Origin: an uncultured Gammaproteobacteria bacterium
Lineage (GTDB): Bacteria > Patescibacteriota > Patescibacteriia > UBA9934 > CAZDDW01
Direction: 5' to 3'
DNA: 64,000 bases
Assembly (NCBI GenBank): GCA_965231015.1
Contig: OZ246408.1
Location: 857,908-921,907, forward strand
This document shows, piece by piece, positions 9,743 to 19,463 of this stretch. How positions within the stretch are numbered: position 1 is the first letter of the stretch; the number at the start of each line of letters is the position of its first letter. A program made the translations under genes and the position numbers. The notes under the pieces are model-generated. The model worked only from the letters and a program-made list of their open reading frames with translations. It searched no databases and was not told the origin of the DNA.

Positions 9743-10141
9743 CTACCTCGCGAAGTACTCGTAGTCCAGGCTACCGTCGGCCTTAGTGAAAGCCGGGGGC
9801 TTATCCGGACAATGCCAGCTGGCAAGCACCAACTGCTCGCGTGTGGAGTCAGCACGTTGCACGAACTCTTCATACTCGACGTCCGTGAACTGGAGCCGGT
9901 CGCGCAGCTGATCGCGTTGGGTCAAGGATTCGGCCGAAGTCGGAAGGTCTTCGAGGTCAGTACCGTAGTATTCGCAAGTACAGGCCAGGTAGAAGTTGTT
10001 GTGTACCTCGGCCAGCTCGTCGAGCACAGCCTGGTTATCCTCAGACAGTGGTGGTTGAGTCAGGCCGTGGATCAGACCAATCACCCCGCAGATCACGAAG
10101 ATGACAAAGATCCCACCGATGACGTACATTTCTTTACGCAT
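9743..10141 (-). CDS. Single-TM hypothetical protein, paralog of 9315-9740
   Basis: SD ggagag; TM segment YVIGGIFVIFVICGVIGLI; CTC and RDQLRDRLQFTDVE. Confidence 0.75.
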   Translation of the reverse strand: MRKEMYVIGGIFVIFVICGVIGLIHGLTQPPLSEDNQAVLDELAEVHNNFYLACTCEYYGTDLEDLPTSAESLTQRDQLRDRLQFTDVEYEEFVQRADSTREQLVLASWHCPDKPPAFTKADGSLDYEYFAR

Positions 10142-10270
10142 ACTCTCTCCCGGAAAAAGTTCTGAATTCAGCATAGCAAAAATCACGACTTTGTCAAGGT
10201 TATTTCCTTGACATCTATCACTCCCAGTGCTATACTACCGCCCGCGTTCATATCAACACGGGGAGAAAAC

Positions 10271-10438
10271 ATGAACGACCCGACAAACGAGATTCAAGAC
10301 GTACCGGCGGACGAACGTGTGTTCGTCTGCGACTGGGTACCAGGCAGTGCTCTGCGCATCTGCTTCGTGCCGCTCGAGCCTGACTCGCCCGAGCCCACAT
10401 CTTCGAACCCGGATCAGCAGACGGATCCCGAACTCTGA
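10271..10438 (+). CDS. Small acidic hypothetical protein (55 aa)
   Basis: TTGACA-17-TATACT promoter (10208-10236) and SD ggggag upstream of the ATG. Confidence 0.55.
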   Translation: MNDPTNEIQDVPADERVFVCDWVPGSALRICFVPLEPDSPEPTSSNPDQQTDPEL

Positions 10439-10645
10439 ACCCCAACGCAAAACCGAGCCCACGACGAGCTCGGCCCGCCCGAGGAGTATGTGAACTAGGC
10501 ACGAACAACACACACTCAATCACCAGCCGGACCCGTCTTCAAGGGCCCGGCGCGTTTTTTTCTTTGTTAGATTAAAAACGAAATCCCCAAGGTGAATTCC
10601 TTGGGGGGGTGAGTTAGTCATCACGTATATAGTGGAAGAAAAGAC

Positions 10646-10942
10646 ATGAGTGGATGTAGCTCTGAAGAAAAGCGCGCCCTTTCGAGCAGCCTGGGTCGCT
10701 TTTTCCTGGCTGTTCTGATCGGCTATGGCAGTTGGCTGGCGCTCGCCTATATCACCGTCTTCTGGATCAAGCCCCAGAACCATCTTCCGGACGTTGCCAA
10801 CTACATCATCGGAGCCCTTTTCATGATTGCCCTAGTCTTCTTCCCCCGTGTATCCCTTCGAATCTTCGGGATTACCAAGAAGATCCAACGCAATCCCTTC
10901 ACCACCGATGACTCCACAACCAAAAACCGAGCTAACGACTAG
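10646..10942 (+). CDS. Small two-TM membrane protein
   Basis: Two hydrophobic segments; hairpin aaccgagcta/tagctcggtt over the stop codon. Confidence 0.65.
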   Translation: MSGCSSEEKRALSSSLGRFFLAVLIGYGSWLALAYITVFWIKPQNHLPDVANYIIGALFMIALVFFPRVSLRIFGITKKIQRNPFTTDDSTTKNRAND

Positions 10943-10990
10943 CTCGGTTCTATTCTGTAAATCCCGTGGATTGATTTATTACTGATTTTC

Positions 10991-12154
10991 TCAACTTTCA
11001 ACTGCTCCCAATACTTTTTCGATCACTGTATCGCTTGGATAACGCTTAAATAAAACTAGGGTTTCAGCATGATCCAAATTGAAATCTGGCTCATTTAAAA
11101 AAACTACCGAAGCCCGATTGTTCGAAAAATCAATCATGGCCACCTCGCCGCCGCTTTCTACATACTCTTTCAAAGACGTCATCATCTCTCCTTCGCTACC
11201 TCGGTATATCGGCCAAAAGTAAGCCACCCCATCCTTTTTTAACAACCGATCCATCTCCTCCCAATACACCTGAAACTCTTTACTTTTCATATTCGGAAAC
11301 ATGTGCGTGGACAACGACCAAGAAGCAACTAATCGATCAAATGATTCGTCTTCAAATGGTGTAGCCGGGAAAGCAGCTTTGACAAGATCAGCGTACTGAT
11401 ACTTTTTTAAGAACCGGTGCTCGGTGATCAGACGTCGGATTAAATCCTCTTGTTTTTCCTGACCAAACCCTTTATCGCGCAACGCCTCTTTCAAAACCGC
11501 CGGTTCAATTACCGTTTTGACCAAATGTGTGTCAGCAAAACTACGTTCCAGTTTAACTGCATCATACCAAAGTTCTCGCAAAGCATTACTTTCTTCAGCT
11601 TCTTCATCGACACGCCCTCTTAATTCAGCAATGGCATGACGTAAATCGCCCAAAATTGCCGTAGCCTCTGGATATTTTTCTAGATCTTGTGCGTCAGCAA
11701 TGTTGTGTATCTGTTCCAAGGTTTCTTCAATCTGATGAACCAGGTCTGGAAATGCATCTTCCAAATATTTTGCCTTACTCTCCATCTGTTGACCCTTCCA
11801 TTCTAAATTACTCTCCAAATGTTCCTCGGTATAAACAAACTCCGCTTCATCACCTGACTCATAATCTAAATTGGTCACCCCTTCCCGATCCAAAGTCTGC
11901 CATGGATCCCCAATATTCAAAACTTTTCCTGATTCTGGGAACAATTCTTTTACCGGAACTAAAGACTCATTCTCGTAATCTTGTTCTACTCGTCCGGTCA
12001 AAGCCTTTTCCTTGGCATCAACCGCCACAACCTTATCTGCAATTTCTTTTTTTATCTGTTCGAAGCGCTCACGCTCAGCTTCAAAAGTCTGATCTTGTTG
12101 ATCGAGTTCAGTATCATGTTTTGAACGAACCCGACCCATGCCTTCAATATACAT
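10991..12154 (-). CDS. Class I SAM-methyltransferase-like protein with a helical insertion
   Basis: KVLNIGDP (motif I-like), then PFEDESFDRLVASWSL and MDRLLKKDGVAYF about 170 aa later. Confidence 0.6.
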   Translation of the reverse strand: MYIEGMGRVRSKHDTELDQQDQTFEAERERFEQIKKEIADKVVAVDAKEKALTGRVEQDYENESLVPVKELFPESGKVLNIGDPWQTLDREGVTNLDYESGDEAEFVYTEEHLESNLEWKGQQMESKAKYLEDAFPDLVHQIEETLEQIHNIADAQDLEKYPEATAILGDLRHAIAELRGRVDEEAEESNALRELWYDAVKLERSFADTHLVKTVIEPAVLKEALRDKGFGQEKQEDLIRRLITEHRFLKKYQYADLVKAAFPATPFEDESFDRLVASWSLSTHMFPNMKSKEFQVYWEEMDRLLKKDGVAYFWPIYRGSEGEMMTSLKEYVESGGEVAMIDFSNNRASVVFLNEPDFNLDHAETLVLFKRYPSDTVIEKVLGAVES

Positions 12155-12163
12155 ATGAACAAA

Positions 12164-12895
12164 TTATTTAGTATACCTCTCCACAAACCTTTTCAAAATC
12201 TCCATTGGGACTTCGATTTTTTCTTTGGACACTGTTTCGATTAACTGCTCGGCATCTTCTGGTGGGAAGTAGCCGGCGTGTTTGTAGATATTAATCCGCT
12301 CAACAATTCCAGGAACGTCGAGTTCCGGATGAAACTGGGCAGCGTAGACGTTTTGTTTGATTCGAAACATTTGTACCAGACAAGTGTTCGAGCTGGCAAG
12401 AAGAACGGCCCCAGCCGGCAAGGAATTACAACCTTCTTTGTGTCCTACAAAAGCCTGGAACTCGGTTGGTAGTCCAGCGAGTATTGGATCTTTGATTCCG
12501 TCTTCGTTAATTTTAATGGTTACTCCACCAACCTCTTCTCCTTCTTCTTTGGACACCTTACCTCCCCCGTGAGCTGTCAAAAATCCTACTCCAAGACAAA
12601 CTCCCAAAAATGGAAAGTCCTGTTCCACAACTTGATCAAGCAAGGCAAACAAATCTTTAATCACTCGCTTCTGATTAGCATCTCTTCCACTGTCTTTATC
12701 CGTCATATTGTACGGACCACCACCCAGAATTATTCCTGAATAATTTTCCAACTTAACATCTGGAATCCCAATCTTTTCCATCCGAACCCTCTGGACGTCA
12801 AATACTTCAAGACCTCCATACTTTAAAAATGCATCAAACTCTCCTTTTGAAGCTTCTTCTTCTGGCCGTGACTGTAAAATCAAAAATGGTTTCAT
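12164..12895 (-). CDS. Class I glutamine amidotransferase-like protein (GMP-synthase type, stand-alone)
   Basis: GIILGGGP, FLGVCLG nucleophile elbow, QFHPE. Confidence 0.92.
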   Translation of the reverse strand: MKPFLILQSRPEEEASKGEFDAFLKYGGLEVFDVQRVRMEKIGIPDVKLENYSGIILGGGPYNMTDKDSGRDANQKRVIKDLFALLDQVVEQDFPFLGVCLGVGFLTAHGGGKVSKEEGEEVGGVTIKINEDGIKDPILAGLPTEFQAFVGHKEGCNSLPAGAVLLASSNTCLVQMFRIKQNVYAAQFHPELDVPGIVERINIYKHAGYFPPEDAEQLIETVSKEKIEVPMEILKRFVERYTK

Positions 12896-12910
12896 AGGTT
12901 ATCAATATTC

Positions 12911-12935
12911 TATCCCACATTCGCACGAATTTGGG
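12911..12935. repeat. Palindromic direct repeat, copy 1
   Basis: tatcccacattcgcacgaatttggg, identical to 13302-13326. Confidence 0.92.
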
Positions 12936-12946
12936 GTATAAAAGTT

Positions 12947-13207
12947 TTAAAGTAAATCAATTATAACACGACTCGAGATTGGTATTTCTTTATTTATTGA
13001 ATAAAAAATTTCACGACGAACCTGCTCGGTTTGCACTATTCCTACCTGACGTAAAATCGACAAGTGCCGGCTCGTTGATTTAAACGATAGTTTAATAATT
13101 TCAGATATTTCAGTAACCGTGGTCATGCCTTCCTGTTTCAAATATCTGAGAATTAATAACCGCCGCTCATTAGCCAATGCTTTTATTATTTTAGTCATGT
13201 TTTTCAT
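12947..13207 (-). CDS. ArsR/SmtB-family transcriptional regulator
   Basis: KALANERRLLIL...VTEI...STSRHLSILRQVGIV...FYSI. Confidence 0.92.
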   Translation of the reverse strand: MKNMTKIIKALANERRLLILRYLKQEGMTTVTEISEIIKLSFKSTSRHLSILRQVGIVQTEQVRREIFYSINKEIPISSRVIIDLL

Positions 13208-13299
13208 AAATAAAAACTCACCTAAATTAATGGGGAGTCTTATCTATAAAACGAACTTACCATGTTTTTTATTACATGTCAATCGAGGTATGAAGACAC

Positions 13300-13331
13300 T
13301 ATATCCCACATTCGCACGAATTTGGGATATA
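13300..13331. repeat. Palindromic direct repeat, copy 2 (15-2-15 inverted repeat)
   Basis: tatatccca-c-attcg-ca-cgaat-t-tgggatata. Confidence 0.92.
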
Positions 13332-13337
13332 TCAACT

Positions 13338-14114
13338 CTATTCCACTAGGCTAGCGATTCGTAGGCTCGTGGCAGGAATAGTGGGAAAGTGACAGACCAT
13401 CAATGATTCGACGAGATCATGGAATTCTAGAATGAGCTCACCCTTGATGGCGGGTTTGAGTAAATCATCCGGGGTTTCTTTGATACTGAAACGAAGAAGC
13501 TTCAGGGCTTCATCCGATATATCTCGGGCCGAGAACCAACGCTCTTCATCAGCTCGGCAACAATTATCACACACAATTCCACCTTTGAGGGCGTGCCAGC
13601 GAAAGGTGTTTGGCGTGACTGAGCGCCGACAAGAGATACAATGTCCGAGCTCAGGTCGATATCCGGAAAGATCGAGCAGTTTCAAGGCGAAACTTGCCAG
13701 CAGGTAACCGGAGCGCTCGGCCGAGACCTCGGGCATGGATCCGATGAACTCGAGCCAGCTAGTGAGTTCAGTGTAAAGGACAGGATCAGTTTCTTCAGCC
13801 CGGGTTCCGATATCGACTAGATGCAAGACTTGTCGAGCTAGTAACATCTTGTTCAAGTCCGAGCAAATGGGATGATAGGCCGCAAGTCGCTCTACTCCAG
13901 CCACAGTGTCGTAAACCCGACCTCGTACTACGAGCAGATCGAGCACAGCAAACGATTCCAAGTGCGGACCGAGCTTGGCTTGCATCTTGCGCGAACCGCG
14001 GGCCTGGAGCGATAGTTTGCCCCTGTCCTCAGTCAAAACAGAATAGACGCGATCCACTTCCCTGTGCTCGCGCCTCCCTAACACTATTCCTTTGGTTCGA
14101 AACAGAGTAGACAT
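13338..14114 (-). CDS. recO: DNA repair protein RecO
   Basis: KGIVLGRR..EVDRV; GYRPELGHCISC...GGIVCDNC zinc finger. Confidence 0.95.
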   Translation of the reverse strand: MSTLFRTKGIVLGRREHREVDRVYSVLTEDRGKLSLQARGSRKMQAKLGPHLESFAVLDLLVVRGRVYDTVAGVERLAAYHPICSDLNKMLLARQVLHLVDIGTRAEETDPVLYTELTSWLEFIGSMPEVSAERSGYLLASFALKLLDLSGYRPELGHCISCRRSVTPNTFRWHALKGGIVCDNCCRADEERWFSARDISDEALKLLRFSIKETPDDLLKPAIKGELILEFHDLVESLMVCHFPTIPATSLRIASLVE

Positions 14115-14513
14115 TTATTTTGTTTCATCAAACCAAGCCTGTAAAATAATCGCTGCTGCGATAGCATCTTCTTCAGCGGTAGCTCCGATTTCTTTTTGTG
14201 AACGGATTGCTTCAGCGGTGGTGTAACGCTCATCGATTTCCTGAACCGGGATCGAGACCTCGGCCTGAAGCTTTTTAACAAACTCGCGGGTTTTCTTGAG
14301 CTGCTCCGAGACACATCCTTCTACGGTCGACAACGGAGCTCCGACCACAACCTCATCAATCTGTTCTTCTCGGATTATCTCGACGATTCGTTGTACGGGC
14401 GAACGGCCGTTCGCCCGTACGCGTACAACCTCAAGCGGCACAGCCACTCTGGCCTCGTCCCCAAGCGCCAAACCAATCTTTTTATCTCCGTAATCAATTC
14501 CTAGATAGCGCAT
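14115..14513 (-). CDS. ruvX: YqgF/RuvX pre-16S rRNA nuclease
   Basis: MRYLGIDYGDKKIGLA, VVVGAP, DERYTT, DAIAAAIILQ. Confidence 0.95.
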   Translation of the reverse strand: MRYLGIDYGDKKIGLALGDEARVAVPLEVVRVRANGRSPVQRIVEIIREEQIDEVVVGAPLSTVEGCVSEQLKKTREFVKKLQAEVSIPVQEIDERYTTAEAIRSQKEIGATAEEDAIAAAIILQAWFDETK

Positions 14514-14522
14514 ACTGTCAAA

Positions 14523-14572
14523 GAAGCAACGAAGCAACGAAGCAAGCTTGTTTCTTTGTTTCGTTGTTTTAT
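14523..14572. repeat. Tandem 8-mer hairpin
   Basis: (gaagcaac)x~3 followed by degenerate complementary ttgtttc units. Confidence 0.65.
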
Positions 14573-14580
14573 TGATTGAA

Positions 14581-15360
14581 TCATAATTCTGGCTGCGGGG
14601 TTAAAGTCTCAAACCCGTCAGCGGTCACCACAACCGTTACCTCAAAATGAGCTGAAAGGGAACCGTCCATTGTCGCACAAGTCCATCCATCATCAAGAGT
14701 TGTGATTTGATAATCTCCAGCAGTAATCATGGGCTCAATCGCCAAGCACATTCCTTCTACCATTTTAATTTTGGGCAAACTTGGATCAATAAAATTAGGA
14801 ATGCGCGGATCTTCGTGCACCGCGTGTCCAACCCCGTGCCCCACAAGCGAACGTACAATCCCAAAACCGGTTGGAGCCACAAACTTTTCAATGGCCGCAC
14901 CAATATCCCCAATTTCATTGCCGGGTTTTACTGCATCAAGCCCGGCGTGCAACGCATCCCGAGTTACTTCAATTAACTTTTCGGCTTCGTCCGTTATTTC
15001 ACCTACCGGCACGGTCACAGCCATATCAGTGTACATACCCTTATACTTACACCCAAGATCAAGCCCAATAATATCTCCATCTTTTAACTCAATGTCTCGC
15101 AAAGCCGGCCCGTGCACAATTTCATCATTGACCGAAGCACAAAGCGAAGACGGAAACGGATCCGTATCATGATGTCCGCTAAATTGTAAAAACGATGGTT
15201 CTCCACCGGCGATACGCATTGCTTTGGTAGCGGCTAAATCAAGCTCTGGCAGTTTGACACCGGGCTTGACCGCCCTGGCCGCGGCCTCAAGAGAACGCGA
15301 CAGAATCTCTCCACCTTCGCGCATAATAGTTATTTCTTCTGCTGATTTTCTTTTTGCCAT
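14581..15360 (-). CDS. map: Type I methionine aminopeptidase
   Basis: CASVNDEIVHG, GHGVG..VHEDP, AIEPM, SAHFE. Confidence 0.97.
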   Translation of the reverse strand: MAKRKSAEEITIMREGGEILSRSLEAAARAVKPGVKLPELDLAATKAMRIAGGEPSFLQFSGHHDTDPFPSSLCASVNDEIVHGPALRDIELKDGDIIGLDLGCKYKGMYTDMAVTVPVGEITDEAEKLIEVTRDALHAGLDAVKPGNEIGDIGAAIEKFVAPTGFGIVRSLVGHGVGHAVHEDPRIPNFIDPSLPKIKMVEGMCLAIEPMITAGDYQITTLDDGWTCATMDGSLSAHFEVTVVVTADGFETLTPQPEL

Positions 15361-15361
15361 A

Positions 15362-15991
15362 TTATTCAATCGCGGCTTTTATTTTTTTATAAACATTTTC
15401 AATACTACCTGACCCATCAATTTTTTTTAGAATTCCCATTTCCTTAAATTTTTCAACAAGTGGCTCTGTATCTTCATGGTAAATTCGTAACCGTTCGCGA
15501 ATCGCCTCTGGCTTGTCGTCGCTCCTCTGAAGCAGAGACCCGCCACAATCATCACAAATATCTGCCACCTTGGGACGATTGTAATCAAGGTGATAAATTT
15601 TGCCACAACCTCCACAAATTTTGCGTCCAGACAGCCGACGCACAGATTCGGCTTCATCAAGCTCAATCAAGATGGCTAAATCAGGTTGATCAAAATCCAA
15701 GTATTGATTCAGTTGGTTTATATTACGCGGGTAACCATCAAGAATATACCCGTTAACTACATCGGCTTCCTTGATTCTATTGGCCACCATTTCACTTGTG
15801 ATGTAATCCGGTACTAGTTTACCATCTTTAATAAGAGCCTGCACTTTAATGCCAAGCTGAGTGCCGGATCCAATTTCAGCTCGAAATAAATCTCCGGTTG
15901 AAACCTGTGGAATACCAAGGTCTTCTGATAATTTTTGAGCCTGGGTTCCCTTTCCTACCCCCTGCGGCCCCATGAAAACAAATTTATTCAT
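15362..15991 (-). CDS. adk: Adenylate kinase
   Basis: GPQGVGKGTQA, LDGYPRN, Cys-containing LID domain. Confidence 0.97.
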   Translation of the reverse strand: MNKFVFMGPQGVGKGTQAQKLSEDLGIPQVSTGDLFRAEIGSGTQLGIKVQALIKDGKLVPDYITSEMVANRIKEADVVNGYILDGYPRNINQLNQYLDFDQPDLAILIELDEAESVRRLSGRKICGGCGKIYHLDYNRPKVADICDDCGGSLLQRSDDKPEAIRERLRIYHEDTEPLVEKFKEMGILKKIDGSGSIENVYKKIKAAIE

Positions 15992-16058
15992 ATGAAGCTA
16001 GTTTATACTAAAAAACAAGGTCTTTCAACCTCGTTTTTATCATTTGACATTTATCATT

Positions 16059-17321
16059 CTAGTACTCGTACTCTCGCATAGCAATTTGCCCCTCAATCTG
16101 TTTGATCATGTCAATAATCACGGATACCACAATCAGGATTGAGGTTCCACCAATGACGAGCTGTGAAGTTCCGGTAAACTGCTGAACCACAATCGGTAGT
16201 ACAGCGATAACAGACAAAAATACGGCACCACCAATCAAAATTCGGTTCTTGACCCATTCAAGATAATCAGCTGTTGGTTCACCCGGCCGAATTCCCGGAA
16301 TAAAAGCTCCTTGCTTTTGCAAATTTTCAGCCACCCGATCCGGATGGAAAACAACTGAAGCGTAAAAGAAAGTGAAACCAAAAACCAAACCGAAGTAAGT
16401 GAGTCCGTAAATCAACTGATTCTGGAAAGCCTGCATGATCCATGTGGCTGCTGAACGTAACCATTCGGTTTCGGCATTCACAAAAAACTGGGCAACCATG
16501 GTTGGGAACAGTACCAAAGAAATAGCAAAGATGATAGGAATAACTCCAGCCATGTTTACTCTGATTGGCAAATGTGAAGCCACCCCGCCAAGCAACCTAC
16601 TACCTGAAAGACGGCGGGCATACTGAATTGGAATGTTACGCTGACCTTCATTTATCACCACCACGGTCACGATTGTGACTATGGTTACAGCTGTGAACAA
16701 AATCAAAGTAAAGAGCTCCGAGCCATCAAAGGTAACAAAGGTTCGTTGGAAGAAAGTTGGTAGACCGGCAATAATTCCAGCGAAAATCATAAGTGAAATC
16801 CCGTTTCCTATGTTGCGCTCACTAATAAGCTCTCCGAGCCACATCAGGAAAATGGTTCCGGCGGTCATAATCACGAGTGCGGAAATAATGTTTAATCCCA
16901 CAAACGCTACTTCATTACCAAGCTGCTGATTAAGAAGAGCCATTAATCCGTATCCTTGTAAAATCGCAAGTGGCACCGTGGCCAAACGAGTCCACTGATT
17001 GATTTTTTTTCGTCCAGCCTCTTCTTTTTGCATTTCTTCAAGTTTAGGCACAATCATCCCCAGAAGCTGGAAAATAATTGATGAGGTAATATACGGAGCA
17101 ACTCCCAGAGCCACTACAGAAAAATTATCAAGAGTTCCACCGGAAAAGATATTAAGAAGCCCAAAAAACTGGCTACCTTCAAAAAGTGACTGCAAGGCTT
17201 CTGTATTCACTCCCGGAATCGGGATGTGAGCAGCAAATCTGAAGATTACCAGCATGGCAATGACAAACAGAATACTATTTCTAAGTTCTGGAATTTTGAT
17301 GATCTTGCGAAGGCTAATCAT
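16059..17321 (-). CDS. secY: Preprotein translocase SecY
   Basis: [30 protein letters not shown]. Confidence 0.98.
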   Translation of the reverse strand: MISLRKIIKIPELRNSILFVIAMLVIFRFAAHIPIPGVNTEALQSLFEGSQFFGLLNIFSGGTLDNFSVVALGVAPYITSSIIFQLLGMIVPKLEEMQKEEAGRKKINQWTRLATVPLAILQGYGLMALLNQQLGNEVAFVGLNIISALVIMTAGTIFLMWLGELISERNIGNGISLMIFAGIIAGLPTFFQRTFVTFDGSELFTLILFTAVTIVTIVTVVVINEGQRNIPIQYARRLSGSRLLGGVASHLPIRVNMAGVIPIIFAISLVLFPTMVAQFFVNAETEWLRSAATWIMQAFQNQLIYGLTYFGLVFGFTFFYASVVFHPDRVAENLQKQGAFIPGIRPGEPTADYLEWVKNRILIGGAVFLSVIAVLPIVVQQFTGTSQLVIGGTSILIVVSVIIDMIKQIEGQIAMREYEY

Positions 17322-17346
17322 AGCAAGTTAGCTTCGTTCTAGTAAT

Positions 17347-17796
17347 TTAGGCTACCACTGACCCACCGGAGGCTTCAATCTTTTCACGGGCTGAAGCTGA
17401 AACCTGACATCCTTTCACGGTCAGTTTAATCTTAATCTCTCCGTTACCGAGCACTTTCACTCCGTCCTTGGTATCTTTCACCAAACCTTTATTCTTTAAG
17501 GCGGCCGGATTTACAGTAGCTCCATCTTTGAATCCTTTTCCAAGATCAGCCACATTAACAACGGCCTTTTTGGCGTGTGGACTCTTAAATCCCCTTGTTT
17601 TCGGAATATTTAACATTATGGCACGAAGACCCTTCAACTTCAAACCGGACTTACCGCCTGAACGAGCTCGCTGCCCCTTCATTCCTCGACCAGAGTATTT
17701 GCCACGGTTAGAACCCCAACCACGACCAACTCGTTGCTTGGTCTTTTTCGCACCCTTAGCAGGGCGCAGGTTACTCATGTTTAATTCTTCGGCCAT
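17347..17796 (-). CDS. rplO: 50S ribosomal protein L15
   Basis: RVGRG.GS..GKYSGRGMKGQRARSG. Confidence 0.97.
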   Translation of the reverse strand: MAEELNMSNLRPAKGAKKTKQRVGRGWGSNRGKYSGRGMKGQRARSGGKSGLKLKGLRAIMLNIPKTRGFKSPHAKKAVVNVADLGKGFKDGATVNPAALKNKGLVKDTKDGVKVLGNGEIKIKLTVKGCQVSASAREKIEASGGSVVA

Positions 17797-17802
17797 ATAA
17801 AT

Positions 17803-18522
17803 TTACTTCTTGTCTTCTTTCTTAACTGGCTTCTTGTCCGCCTTAGATTTAGCAGTGACGGATTTGGCTGCTGGTTTCTTGGCTTCAGTATTTTTTCCCG
17901 CCATCTTCTTCGTGGCGGAATCCCGCCATGTAGCTGGGCGGGGCTTTGGAGCAGCTTTCTTCTTATTCTCTTTCTTTTCAGAATCTGTCTTTACTCCTTC
18001 CGGAACCTTTAAAGCTTCCAGGGCTTCCAGGGTTGCTTTAGCAATGTTGATTTTGTTGTTACAGCCCTTAATTTTACTGACGGCGTTTGGTACTCCGGCC
18101 AAATCCAACACTACTCGAATAGCTCCACCGGCTTTAAGCCCGGTTCCTTTAGGAGCAGGTTTTAAAAGCACAATGGCAGCTCCGAACTTGTGTTCGATTG
18201 CGTGCGGAATAGTTTCATCAATAAGCGGTACAGTTAGCAGCGTCTTCTTGGCCTGACGAAAAGCTTTATCAACGGCAATGGCCACATCAGCCCCCTTGGC
18301 TAACCCCACACCAACACGACCCTTACGGTCTCCAATAACAAGGCAAGCCCGGAAACTCAAACGCTTACCACCGGCAGTCACACGAGTAACTCGAGCTAAA
18401 TCCAAAATCTTCTGCTCAAACTCACGAGGTTCTTGGTGTCGCTTTCCCCGGCGCGGCTTGCGCTTGCCAGTGAATCGTTTTTTATTACCCGGCTTCACCG
18501 GATTGTTTTTCTTATCTTCCAT
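17803..18522 (-). CDS. rpsE: 30S ribosomal protein S5 with Lys-rich extensions
   Basis: RVTRVTAGGKRLSF, PAPKGTGLKAGG. Confidence 0.97.
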   Translation of the reverse strand: MEDKKNNPVKPGNKKRFTGKRKPRRGKRHQEPREFEQKILDLARVTRVTAGGKRLSFRACLVIGDRKGRVGVGLAKGADVAIAVDKAFRQAKKTLLTVPLIDETIPHAIEHKFGAAIVLLKPAPKGTGLKAGGAIRVVLDLAGVPNAVSKIKGCNNKINIAKATLEALEALKVPEGVKTDSEKKENKKKAAPKPRPATWRDSATKKMAGKNTEAKKPAAKSVTAKSKADKKPVKKEDKK

Positions 18523-18526
18523 AGGA

Positions 18527-18895
18527 TTAAATTTTCAGTCCTGCTTCACGAGCTGCATCAGCTAAAGCCTTTACCCGTCCGTGGTATTTGAAACTACCTC
18601 GATCAAAGATTGCCTCATTTATACCGGCTTCCTTAGCTTTTTCAGCGGTTAATTTTCCTAAAGCTGCTGCAACTTGAATTGGTTTTTTACCCTTGCGTTC
18701 CGCTTCTGGCAAATGCTTGTCAGAAACCGCCAACAGGGTCTTTCGGGCATCGTCATCAATCGCTTGCACAGAAAGATGCTTAAGGCTCCGAAAAACAGAA
18801 AGCCGTGGTCGCTTGGCAGTACCATGAAGCTTAGCCCTGGTTCGAAGCCGGCGACGTTCAGCTAACTTTCTTTTGTTCTCAATTTTCTTACTCAT
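18527..18895 (-). CDS. rplR: 50S ribosomal protein L18
   Basis: RPRLSVFRS, FDRGSFKYHGRVKALA. Confidence 0.97.
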   Translation of the reverse strand: MSKKIENKRKLAERRRLRTRAKLHGTAKRPRLSVFRSLKHLSVQAIDDDARKTLLAVSDKHLPEAERKGKKPIQVAAALGKLTAEKAKEAGINEAIFDRGSFKYHGRVKALADAAREAGLKI

Positions 18896-18898
18896 ATT

Positions 18899-19456
18899 TT
18901 ATTCAGCTGCTTTAGCGGCCTTTCCTGCCTTGCGGCGAACGACCTCATCAGCATACTTAATACCTTTACCCTTATAAGGCTCTGGCTTTCTAATCTTTCG
19001 CATCCGAGCAGCCACTTCTCCGACCATCTGACGGTCAGCCCCACTGACGGTTACGTTATTCTTTTCAATCGCTACATTGATTCCTTCTGGTACCTTAAAT
19101 TCAACCGGGTGCGAATAACCAACATCAAAAACCACATCCTTTCCCTTCATATTGACTTTATATCCAACTCCCACAACTTCTAAAGACTTGCTAAATCCCT
19201 CTGTTACTCCGGTGACCAAATTAGCAATGTTAGCCCGTACTGTCCCCCACATAGCTTTAGCTACCGGGTCTCCTGCATCAATCGGGTTGACTACTACAGC
19301 CTTACCTTCTTCCAAATCCTGAAGCTCAACCTTCACGACCGGGTGTAATTCAGTCTTCAAAGTTCCGTTCGGTCCCTTAACTTCAACAGCTTCGTCAGAG
19401 AGTTTGACCTCAACGCCGGCAGGAATCATGACTGGTTGTTTTCCAATTCGTGACAT
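18899..19456 (-). CDS. rplF: 50S ribosomal protein L6
   Basis: MSRIGKQPV, PEPYKGKGIKY. Confidence 0.97.
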   Translation of the reverse strand: MSRIGKQPVMIPAGVEVKLSDEAVEVKGPNGTLKTELHPVVKVELQDLEEGKAVVVNPIDAGDPVAKAMWGTVRANIANLVTGVTEGFSKSLEVVGVGYKVNMKGKDVVFDVGYSHPVEFKVPEGINVAIEKNNVTVSGADRQMVGEVAARMRKIRKPEPYKGKGIKYADEVVRRKAGKAAKAAE

Positions 19457-19463
19457 AACCAAA

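Noticed and set aside
12911-13331. CRISPR array
   Set aside because: There are only two repeats, about 390 bp apart, enclosing a gene, and no cas genes lie in the window.
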